From assembly GCA_027324025.1 (NCBI GenBank), contig DAHVYW010000012.1, positions 4,178 to 68,177 on the forward strand: a DNA stretch of 64,000 nt, given 5' to 3'. The DNA comes from Bacillota bacterium (GTDB lineage Bacteria; Bacillota; Thermincolia; Thermincolales; UBA2595). The notes beneath the pieces were generated by a model. That model ran no database searches. It had not been told where the DNA came from and was given only the letters and a program-made list of their open reading frames with translations. Position 1 is the stretch's first letter. Every line of letters begins with the position of its first letter. A program made the position numbers and the translations under genes. Shown piece after piece: positions 50,677-59,752 of the stretch.

Positions 50677-51624
50677 CTATCGATTTTGTATGGTGGGTTG
50701 AAATTTTAGCATTTCCCGGAACATTTGAATTTCCCGGGGTGACAAACCCTCCAGCCCGGGGGAATAATTGTTCCCCAGTAAGCTGTTCATGCCTCCGAAA
50801 AACATTTCGAAGGGAGTTTTGGGACCGAATTCGTAAATAACAGGTTCCCCGGATATTTTAGCCACTTTACGGGTAAGTTCGATGGCATCATAGTAATTTC
50901 CCAACGCATCAACGAGACCAAGGTTTTTTGCCTGACGGCCTGTAAAAATCCGGCCGTCTGCCAGTTTAAGCACTTCATTCCTGTCCATTTTACGGCCTTT
51001 TGCTACTACATCCACGAACTGTTGATAAATATCATCCACCATTCCTTGCAATATAACCCTTTCGGCGGGTGAAATGGGCCTGTTGGGGGAACCAATATCT
51101 TTGAAGGGACCGCTTTTAACCGTTTGCGGAGAAACCCCTATTTTGTTATACAGTTCCTGTATGTTCATGCTTTCCATGATAACCCCGATACTTCCGGTCA
51201 TTGTGGCCGGGTTGGCCATTATTTTATCGGCCTTGGCGGCTATCCAGTAACCTCCGGAAGCGGCGACATCCCCCATGGAAGCAACAACGGTTTTGCCTGC
51301 TTTTCGCACCCGCTCGATTTCATCCCCAATTTCCTGGGAAGCGGCGGCACTGCCGCCGGGGCTGTTTATTCTTAGCAGGACCGCTTTGATGCTGTCATCT
51401 TCGCGAGCCTTTTTCAACTGTTCCATGACTGACTGCCCACCGGACCCGGTGCCAAGGAAACCCGATTCACTCCTTGAGCCGCTAATAACGCCTTCAACAT
51501 AAATTACTCCAATTCGGTCGCCCGCCTTTGACTTGTTCTGTTTAGTTGGGTTTGTTGCCAGGGCAACTGCCAGCGAGAGTATTACAACCCCCGCTATTAT
51601 GCCAATTACCAGTTTTTTATTCAT
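50677..51624 (-). CDS. sppA: Signal peptide peptidase SppA (36K type)
   Basis: LRINSPGGSAAAS...MGDVAASGGYWIA...GSIGV. Confidence 0.9.
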   Translation of the reverse strand: MNKKLVIGIIAGVVILSLAVALATNPTKQNKSKAGDRIGVIYVEGVISGSRSESGFLGTGSGGQSVMEQLKKAREDDSIKAVLLRINSPGGSAAASQEIGDEIERVRKAGKTVVASMGDVAASGGYWIAAKADKIMANPATMTGSIGVIMESMNIQELYNKIGVSPQTVKSGPFKDIGSPNRPISPAERVILQGMVDDIYQQFVDVVAKGRKMDRNEVLKLADGRIFTGRQAKNLGLVDALGNYYDAIELTRKVAKISGEPVIYEFGPKTPFEMFFGGMNSLLGNNYSPGLEGLSPREIQMFREMLKFQPTIQNR

Positions 51625-51763
51625 TCAAAAATTCCCCCCGGTTCTTTTCTCTGCCGCCTAATACACTTATATATTGACCTTCACTTAGTTATTCCCTTTT
51701 GCCGTATTTCTTATAGAAACCCTAAAATCATTACCGTCTACGGCAAACTTTTTCATGCAAAAA

Positions 51764-51877
51764 GTGAACTCGTTCAGCTAAAGCTGAACATCGAAACTTC
51801 AGTGGGGGATTCTACCCCCACTGAAGCAGAAAAGTGGAAACTCCACCTTATAGAAGGTGGAGTCTTGGAATTGGGAT
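51764..51877 (+). repeat. 114-bp triple-hairpin repeat, copy 4 (forward)
   Basis: Two substitutions versus copy 1, both in hairpin loops. Confidence 0.95.
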
Positions 51878-51880
51878 AAA

Positions 51881-51922
51881 AGGCTGTTCAACACGCCGCT
51901 AAACAACGTTTTTAAACAGCCT
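51881..51922 (-). terminator. Hairpin after pyrG (candidate terminator)
   Basis: Minus strand AGGCTGTT-26 nt-AACAGCCT followed by TTTT. The arm sequence is shared with the 47566 and 55273 repeats. Confidence 0.4.
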
Positions 51923-51934
51923 CAGAGCTTGGGA

Positions 51935-53599
<1,665 letters not shown>

Positions 53600-53617
53600 C
53601 TAAAAACTACCTACAAC

Positions 53618-53646
53618 ATTTTATCCTCTGGTAGATAGCCTGTCAA
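53618..53646 (-). promoter_or_regulatory. Putative sigmaA promoter of pyrG
   Basis: Minus strand TTGACA-17 nt-TAAAAT, ~65 nt upstream of the pyrG ATG. Confidence 0.5.
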
Positions 53647-53690
53647 GGGGAAGCAGAGCGTTGAAAGGTTGCAGCCCCCTATCAACCCAA

Positions 53691-53745
53691 ACTCAGGAAA
53701 GTAATAACTTTCCTGAGTATTAAAAATTGCGTGGAATTACCACGC
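53691..53745 (-). terminator. Two tandem hairpins after rpoE
   Basis: Minus strand GCGTGG-TAATT-CCACGC followed by AATTTTT. Then ACTCAGGAAAG-TTATTA-CTTTCCTGAGT followed by TTGGGTT. Confidence 0.6.
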
Positions 53746-53751
53746 ATTTTA

Positions 53752-54051
53752 TTAATTATCCCAGTCTTCGTCGGGGTGATTGGGACGAAGCCCCTTGTCC
53801 GGCATCCATTCTCTTAATCCCCATACACCCTGTCCTACATGGATAAACCTCCCGTCGAGGTTTAATTCGGTGTGTATACCTGCCATAATATGTTCCCTGT
53901 CTTTTCCCGTAATAGGCTTAATGGCCATAACTTCTTCAAACAGTTCCCGGAAATATAAGGGAGCCCCTTTGGCTTTAAGAATTTCATGGGCCAGGTCGGC
54001 TTCGGACATATGTGGGTTAACCTGTCCAGTAGTGAGGTTAGCCATTAACAT
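53752..54051 (-). CDS. rpoE: RNA polymerase delta subunit (HARE-HTH domain only, almost no acidic tail)
   Basis: ADLAHEILKAKGAPLYFRELFEEV...HTELNLDGRFIHVGQGVWGLREW. Synteny rpoE-pyrG matches Bacillus. Confidence 0.8.
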   Translation of the reverse strand: MLMANLTTGQVNPHMSEADLAHEILKAKGAPLYFRELFEEVMAIKPITGKDREHIMAGIHTELNLDGRFIHVGQGVWGLREWMPDKGLRPNHPDEDWDN

Positions 54052-54293
54052 TCACCTTCCCTCGCATTGATAAATGGTAAAGCTATAATTAACAAAATAA
54101 ATTATTCGACTCTGTGGGAGTATTTTCCTGCCTAATCGCTAAAAATTTGTCTGAAATTGTTGGAATCAGGGAGCACCCGTAAAAAGAGTTTTATTTTAAT
54201 AAAAAGTTAATATTTTTTTCATCCAAATGTCACAAATTTTTATTAAAATTAACATATTAACCAAAAAAACGACAAAAAGGCAGGAGTGTTTTA

Positions 54294-54482
54294 ATGAAAC
54301 AAGAAAAGATTCTCCTGAGAATTCAACAACTGCGTCGGAACCTGGCCGCCCTCGTAACAATCAACGGAAGTTTGACCAGCCAGGCCGTTCTAAGGGCAAG
54401 CCATAAGCTGGATGTAGCAGTAAACGCCTATTACCGGGTTCTGATAAAAAAAAATCATAAGAGAAAAAAAGGGTTGTTTTAA
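54294..54482 (+). CDS. Spo0E-family aspartyl-phosphate phosphatase-like protein
   Basis: 62 aa: ILLRIQQLRRNLAALVTINGSLTSQAVLRASHKLDVAVNAYY (Spo0E-like helix-hairpin pattern). Confidence 0.6.
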   Translation: MKQEKILLRIQQLRRNLAALVTINGSLTSQAVLRASHKLDVAVNAYYRVLIKKNHKRKKGLF

Positions 54483-54526
54483 AAGTTCATTTGACACCGT
54501 ATTTAATAATGTTTTTTTCCTTACGT

Positions 54527-54593
54527 TGTCTCAAAAGAGGCAGTCTTACTAAGTTTTGACATAGGGAAGGGGCAGGAATATGCCTGCCCCTTC
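54527..54593. repeat. Solo arm of the TGTCTCAAAAGAGGCAGTCT repeat plus GC hairpin (convergent terminator)
   Basis: 54527-54546 TGTCTCAAAAGAGGCAGTCT. The hairpin is GAAGGGGCAGG-AATATG-CCTGCCCCTTC at 54566-54593. Confidence 0.65.
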
Positions 54594-54611
54594 TGGGACA
54601 ATCCCCTTTTT

Positions 54612-55035
54612 CTATTCATCTGTAACTGTTACCTTATTAATGGGCTGACCTTTCATCGGGTAATTCAGGGATTTGTAGCCCAGGGGGGGTGCCCAAACGG
54701 GAACGGCAGTGGTGGTCCGGGATATTCCATTGACTGCGAGATTAACCCCAACAAGCACGAAAGGGGCTCCCTCTCTATGGCCCACCGGGGACCTAACACA
54801 GGTGGCAGCCAGTTCTTCATTGTTTATGAACCCCAACCCCACCTTGACGGAGTACACACGGTTTTTGGCAGGGTAATTGAAGGTATGGATTTGGCCGACC
54901 GGATTAACCCCGGGGACAAGATTAAAAACCGCTATTAGCCAGCTTCTCGAAATTTGCCACGGTATTGGGGGCATCTTTGTCAAAAAATTCAATCACGATT
55001 TTTCCCTTGTCCATTTCAATAATACCCTTTTTCAT
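54612..55035 (-). pseudogene. ppiB: Cyclophilin-type peptidyl-prolyl isomerase disrupted by inversion of its central 285 bp
   Basis: Minus strand 55035..54925 encodes [37 protein letters not shown], then a stop. Minus strand 54638..54612 encodes NKVTVTDE*. The core is encoded on the plus strand (next feature). Confidence 0.85.
54639..54923 (+). other. Inverted internal segment of the cyclophilin gene
   Basis: My plus-strand translation: [95 protein letters not shown]. It is bounded by TTAAT (54637-54641) and ATTAA (54921-54925). Confidence 0.85.
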
Positions 55036-55044
55036 AGTACCTCC

Positions 55045-55155
55045 TTAAAGTTTGCCTTTAACCACCAGCCAAACCGCTAGACCAATCGGCAGAGCAAAGG
55101 CGATTAAAAAGTTAACTGTCTGCCACATAAACTTGGAGCCCTCAAAACCATACAT
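55045..55155 (-). CDS. Candidate 36-aa hydrophobic peptide upstream of the cyclophilin gene
   Basis: MYGFEGSKFMWQTVNFLIAFALPIGLAVWLVVKGKL. RBS AGGGAGGG lies 7 nt upstream. The stop is 9 nt before the ppiB ATG. Confidence 0.4.
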   Translation of the reverse strand: MYGFEGSKFMWQTVNFLIAFALPIGLAVWLVVKGKL

Positions 55156-55272
55156 AAGTAAACCCTCCCTGTAATCACCTATATAATCAGAAAGTTTGCG
55201 GATAGCAAACCTCCTACCTTCTCGCAGCCGCCAGGCGTAGAGAAAAACGGCACCCTTCACCTGCCCGATGTT

Positions 55273-55622
55273 GAGGCTGTTCAGTGCGCAGGTTCTTAGC
55301 GCTTAGAACTGTGGCCTACCCCTTGCGGGTAAAAGCGAGTATGGCTAGGAAGCAATTTTACAACGGCTGAAGGCGTACTCTTTTGTACGTCGAAGTCGTT
55401 GTAAAATTGCTGAGTGCGGAGCCGTTGCCGCCTCAGCGGCTTACGGATTCCGGCCTACTCCTTGCGGGTACAACGCCAGACGACGCTTTTCAACAGCCTT
55501 GAGACGGTTCAAAAACGAGTATAGCAAGGAAACAATTTTACAACGGCTGAGGGCGTACTCCATGTACGTTGAAGTCGTTGTAAAATTGTTGACAAAGCTA
55601 GACGAAGTTTTTCAACCGTCTC
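55273..55622. repeat. Two tandem ~170-bp units of nested hairpin repeats downstream of argS
   Basis: Unit cores are 55338-55425 and 55513-55598 (GAGTATRGCNAGGAARCAATTTTACAACGGCTGARGGCGTACTC...GTCGTTGTAAAATTG). The outer arms are GAGACGGTTCAAAAAC / GTTTTTCAACCGTCTC. Confidence 0.85.
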
Positions 55623-57309
55623 ACATGGATTCGGGGGCGGTGAGGCCTAGTAACTCTAACGCCCTTTTGACCACAGTTTGTACACTCTTTACGAGAACGA
55701 TGCGGGCATTCTGCAATTCCCGGTCATCAATCATTACCCGGTGGCTGTTGTAGAAACTGTGGAACAGCCCCGCCAGTTCATGGGCATAGCGGGCCAACCG
55801 GTGCGGTTCAAGGTTCACGGCGGCTTCCGAAATTTCGGTGGGGAAATCCACCAGTTTTCTCATTAATTCCAATTCGGCCGGTTCTTTTAGGAGGGCCAAA
55901 TTACAGGACCCGGCCAGGGGAACGGCTCCGCCCCTTTCCTCCAACTGGCGGAAGATGCTGCATATCCTGGCATAGGCGTATTGGATATAATAAATTGGAT
56001 TTTCGGTGGACTCGGACTTGGCCAAATCCATATCAAAATCAAGGTGGCTGTCCGGGCTCCGCATAACAAAGAAATACCTGGCCGCATCCTTGCCAACTTC
56101 AGCCACCAGGTCTTCCAGGGTGACAAATTCACCGGACCGCTTAGACATCCGGATTATTTCCCCACCCTTAAACAGTCGGACAAGCTGCATGATGACAATG
56201 TCGAGGCTGTCAGGGTCATAACCCAGAGCCTTCATAGCGCCCTTGAGCCTTGCGACGTGGCCGTGATGGTCGGCTCCCCAAATATTGATGACCCATTTAA
56301 AACCCCGGTCAAACTTGTTTTTGTGGTAAGCGATATCTGCCGCAAAATATGTAGGGGTGCCGTTGCTTCTGACCACAACCTCGTCTTTTTCCTCGCCGAA
56401 GGCGGTGGTTTTCAGCCAGAGAGCACCTTCATGTTCGTAAATGTATCCCTTGTCCCGCAGTTCGTCAAGCACCGCATTGACAGCACCCGACTCATGCAGG
56501 GACTGCTCGCTGAACCATATATCATATTCAACACCAAATTGGTGAAGAGTATTTTTAATTGCCTGAAGTTTTTCCTCCAGGGCATACTTCACAAAAATTT
56601 CTTTTCGCCGGTCGGGCACCATATCAAAATACTTGTTACCCGGATCAAGGGCGGTGATTCTTTTCACGGTATCAATGATATCCTGCCCGTGATACCCGTC
56701 CTCGGGGAAAACAACATCCTGCCCCATCTGCTGAAGGTACCGGGCCTCCAGGGATTTCCCAAAATTCTCTATTTGATTGCCCGTGTCGTTTATGTAAAAC
56801 TCCCTGGTTACGGCAAACCCCGCCGCTATCAGCAGGTTGGCCATGGTGTCCCCCAAAGCGGCGCCCCTGGCATTTCCCATATGCAGCAAACCAGTAGGAT
56901 TGGCGCTGACAAATTCCACCTGAACCATCTTACCTTGCCCGGTGTCAGTGTTTCCGTACTGCTCCCCTTGTTCTTCAACTTGCAGTAGTACTTCGTGGAC
57001 CCAGTTATTGTTAAGATAAAAATTAATAAACCCAGGTCCGGCAATTTCTATTCTGGCAACCCAAGAGCCTTGGGTGTTGATATTGTTTTTCAGCGTCTCG
57101 GCTACCTGCCTCGGTGACATTTTGGCCTGGCGGGCCAGCAGCATGGCTATATTTGTGGCAAAATCACCGTGCTCCTTTTCTCTGGGCACCTCCAGGACAA
57201 ATTCGGGAAGGCCTTCGTAGTTTAGTGTTCCCGTATTTTTTGCGCTTTCCGCAGCAGAATTAATTAAACTTATAATCCGGCCTTTAACCATCTCAAGAAC
57301 AGACTTCAT
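55621..57309 (-). CDS. argS: Arginine--tRNA ligase
   Basis: Start at MKSVLEMVKGRII (ATG 57309). HIGH-like HMGNARGAALGD. KMSKS-like IRMSKRSGEF. Confidence 0.95.
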   Translation of the reverse strand: MKSVLEMVKGRIISLINSAAESAKNTGTLNYEGLPEFVLEVPREKEHGDFATNIAMLLARQAKMSPRQVAETLKNNINTQGSWVARIEIAGPGFINFYLNNNWVHEVLLQVEEQGEQYGNTDTGQGKMVQVEFVSANPTGLLHMGNARGAALGDTMANLLIAAGFAVTREFYINDTGNQIENFGKSLEARYLQQMGQDVVFPEDGYHGQDIIDTVKRITALDPGNKYFDMVPDRRKEIFVKYALEEKLQAIKNTLHQFGVEYDIWFSEQSLHESGAVNAVLDELRDKGYIYEHEGALWLKTTAFGEEKDEVVVRSNGTPTYFAADIAYHKNKFDRGFKWVINIWGADHHGHVARLKGAMKALGYDPDSLDIVIMQLVRLFKGGEIIRMSKRSGEFVTLEDLVAEVGKDAARYFFVMRSPDSHLDFDMDLAKSESTENPIYYIQYAYARICSIFRQLEERGGAVPLAGSCNLALLKEPAELELMRKLVDFPTEISEAAVNLEPHRLARYAHELAGLFHSFYNSHRVMIDDRELQNARIVLVKSVQTVVKRALELLGLTAPESM

Positions 57310-57310
57310 C

Positions 57311-57733
57311 TTATACCTCCCTGACGGTAAGTGACAACACGTTATCACTTATTTTCTCATTTTCAACTTCCAATTCATATTCGAGATTAATACTTCCCCC
57401 TCCGTCTGTCAAGTTAACATCCACCTTGGACGACGTAACAGCCATAAATATAACCCCGAAAGGGGTGATATAGTTTCCCCGATACCGCAGTCCCCGTTCG
57501 AAAACATGCCTTTGCTGGGAGGTTCCGGTCCTGTTTAAGGTCACCCGGGTCGACTCGGCCTTCAGGAAGGTAGTGGTTCCAGACATGCCTGTGACCTCTG
57601 ATTCGTTGTAAATGATGAAGTATGCCCCGTTTTTTAAGTAATAGCTCCCCTTGGTGACTAATTCCTGAACGTCCACTTCACCAAACTCGTTGACCTGGGT
57701 TCCGGTAACCGAAATTAAAACCTCTTTGTTCAT
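57311..57733 (-). CDS. DUF1934 (YwiB-like) beta-barrel protein
   Basis: Start at MNKEVLISVTG. Lies upstream of argS, as B. subtilis ywiB does. Confidence 0.75.
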   Translation of the reverse strand: MNKEVLISVTGTQVNEFGEVDVQELVTKGSYYLKNGAYFIIYNESEVTGMSGTTTFLKAESTRVTLNRTGTSQQRHVFERGLRYRGNYITPFGVIFMAVTSSKVDVNLTDGGGSINLEYELEVENEKISDNVLSLTVREV

Positions 57734-58078
57734 GACCCAACTACCTTTCAACCCAATCTATTAAAATATTATACCAGAAAAACCCCATCGCTACACCAAT
57801 TAATTTCCTCCCCGCCAATTCCCGATATATAAAGCATTAACCGCTCGCCGGCAAAAATCGTCCGCTTAGCGCCAGCCGGCGGCACCCGGATCCAAATTGG
57901 ACCGCTAGAATATACTTATTGACCACTAAACGGGAAAATGTTGCGTTTAACCTGAAAACAGGTGCAATAAATTGTAACCCCCTATAGAATATAATCAAAT
58001 AGGAGTCCAGAGACCTAGAGTCCAGAGACCGGCACGAGTTGCCGGTCTTAGACTTTAGGCCTTTTTTGTTTATAAAGT

Positions 58079-58139
58079 CCGGAGGCATTATTGCCCAGAG
58101 GCTGATACTAATCGTATCAGCCTTTTCTTTTGCCTCCGG
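58079..58139 (+). promoter_or_regulatory. Nested hairpin with terminator-like core in the leader of the MFS gene
   Basis: Outer stem CCGGAGGCA / TGCCTCCGG. Inner stem GGCTGATAC-TAAT-CGTATCAGCC followed by TTTTCTTTT. Confidence 0.4.
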
Positions 58140-58243
58140 GCACAGTGTCAAATCGCAATAATTTTTGGGGGGATTGCCAATGTGCTAGACCAAGAAAGCC
58201 AATCGGACTTATACTATAAAAATTTAAGATGGAGGTGTTCTTT

Positions 58244-59181
58244 ATGAGTGAACAGACTAATACGAGAGGTTGGATTGTTACTTTTCAGGTACGGCAATTA
58301 ACCTCTGTCTCGGAGTGCTGTACGCATGGAGCGTAATTGGCAGAGCCCTTACAAAGCAGTGGCACTGGTCGGCATTTAAGGCTAACACACCTTATATGGT
58401 TGCCTGTGGTGTATTTGCCATTACGATGGTAATCGGCGGGAGGATGCAAGATAGAATAGGACCAAGGATTGTGGCATCCCTTGGTGGTGTGTTTGCAGGC
58501 GCCGGATTAATCATTTCCGGTTTGGCCAATCCGGACAGTATGCTCCCGATGATCATTGGTTTTGGGATTCTGGCAGGCACCGGAATGGGATTTGGTTATG
58601 GCGCCGCCACCCCGCCTGCGCAAAAGTGGTTCCCGCCCTACAAAAGAGGTTTAGTTACCGGTCTGGTTGTATCCGGTTACGGCTGCGCATCAGTATACTT
58701 ATCTCCACTTACCTCAAAACTTCTTGGTTTGTATGGGATCAACAAAACCTATATGATTCTCGGCATTTTCTTCCTGGTCACCATCGTCTTATTTTCCCAG
58801 AACCTGAAAAACCCGCCGCCTGGTTATATCCCTGCCGGTATGCCCGCAATCGGCAGCGCTAAGCACATCGCAGCCGGACACCAGTATGACTGGCATGAAA
58901 TGATGAAGACCCCGCAGTTCTATCTGCTCTGGTTAATGTTCGGTTTCGGTTCCTTTGCCGGTTTGATGATGATTTCAAGCTTGGCTAAGATAGGAGTCCT
59001 ACAGAATCCTAATACAATCCTGGCTTCTATCTTCGTAGCCGTTCTGGCAGCCGGAAATGCCGGCGGCCGGGTAGCGGCAGGTTTTCTCTCCGACAAATTG
59101 GGCCGCATGCGCACAATCTTGTTGAGCAGTGGTTATCTGCTTACTGCAGGCAGGCATATCCTTCCTATGCAAGGCGCCTAA
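58244..59181 (+). pseudogene. Oxalate/formate-antiporter-type MFS transporter, frameshifted and 3'-truncated
   Basis: ATG 58244 behind GGAGG gives MSEQTNTRGWIVTF. The frame then shifts by one T in the T4 run 58282-58285 into SGTAINLCLGVLYAWSVIG... The ORF ends after ~310 aa (about 8 TM helices) versus ~400+ for the family. Confidence 0.7.
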
Positions 59182-59251
59182 AAGCATCGTTGTCAGCAGG
59201 GAAATTCCTGTCACGGTTAACACGTTAAGCAAAGACTAATGCCTTTCCCGA

Positions 59252-59286
59252 ACCGCACCGGAGATTTCCTCCGGTGCGGTATTCTT
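59252..59286 (+). terminator. Hairpin terminator after the MFS remnant
   Basis: ACCGCACCGGAG-ATTTC-CTCCGGTGCGGT followed by ATTCTT. Confidence 0.55.
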
Positions 59287-59503
59287 ACCAGTTAACCCCG
59301 TGTTTCTACCGTTCACCTGCGGTTTTCGCCCATTGGCGGTCAAAAAACTACCATTAAGGAAAAAAACGGTGCTTTCTACCACAACAGAGTTAATAATTAA
59401 GTTGGATATTTGTCTAAATCTTACCAAATTTAGCTCTTTCGGGGGTGAGGATTTACACCGGTTGAAAAATTAAGTCCTAGGTTTTTTCTTGGGGGGAGAA
59501 ACG

Positions 59504-59752
59504 ATGGATCAAAGACGTGAAATCTCGGAACATTCCTTACTGTCTTTGGAAAGACAGACTGCCAGGTTAATCGAGATTTTGAAGGTTGCTGTGATTGTAA
59601 TTTTAACCGTCTTATTGTCAATTCCGGTAATTGGTTCCCTATTGGGGGTCGGCAGAGGCGGGCACTATACCGGTTCGGCCTGGAGCGGAGCTTGGCTTTA
59701 CGGACTTTTGGCAGTTTATACGGTAAATTACTGGTGGAGCAATGTTGAATGA
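59504..59752 (+). CDS. Small two-TM membrane protein, unknown function
   Basis: ATG 59504 behind GGGGGGAG. The stop overlaps the next start (ATGA). Confidence 0.5.
   Translation: MDQRREISEHSLLSLERQTARLIEILKVAVIVILTVLLSIPVIGSLLGVGRGGHYTGSAWSGAWLYGLLAVYTVNYWWSNVE

Noticed and set aside
53691-53718. pyrG reiterative-transcription attenuator, as in B. subtilis
   Set aside because: The hairpin lies upstream of the best pyrG promoter (53646-53618) and directly follows rpoE. Its 5' arm is purine-rich rather than the C/U-rich arm required for poly-G antitermination. It is more likely a second rpoE terminator.
54634-54928. Programmed invertible (phase-variable) switch in ppiB
   Set aside because: The flanking inverted repeats are only 5-8 bp, no invertase gene is nearby, and re-inversion would still leave a frameshift. 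It is kept as a finding, but as a probable illegitimate inversion or assembly artefact.
54612-54992. 126-aa minus-strand ORF as given in the track
   Set aside because: Most of it is the antisense reading of the inverted cyclophilin core. Only its last eight codons are genuine coding sequence, so it was re-interpreted as a rearranged pseudogene.
55273-55622. CRISPR array
   Set aside because: Only two long units (~170 bp) built from nested hairpins. There is no short repeat/spacer periodicity and there are no cas genes.
55981-56988. 335-aa plus-strand ORF
   Set aside because: It is entirely antisense to argS, whose class I tRNA-synthetase motifs are unambiguous. It has no recognisable domain.
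57752-58000. T-box leader upstream of DUF1934-argS
   Set aside because: Only a weak resemblance (GGGTGCCGCCGG) to the T-box GGGTGGTACCGCG. There is no UGGN bulge, no Stem I with an Arg specifier, and no terminator with a U-tract before the gene.
57837-58151. 104-aa minus-strand ORF in the argS/MFS spacer
   Set aside because: It has no RBS. It runs across the direct repeats and hairpins, and the sequence has no recognisable features.
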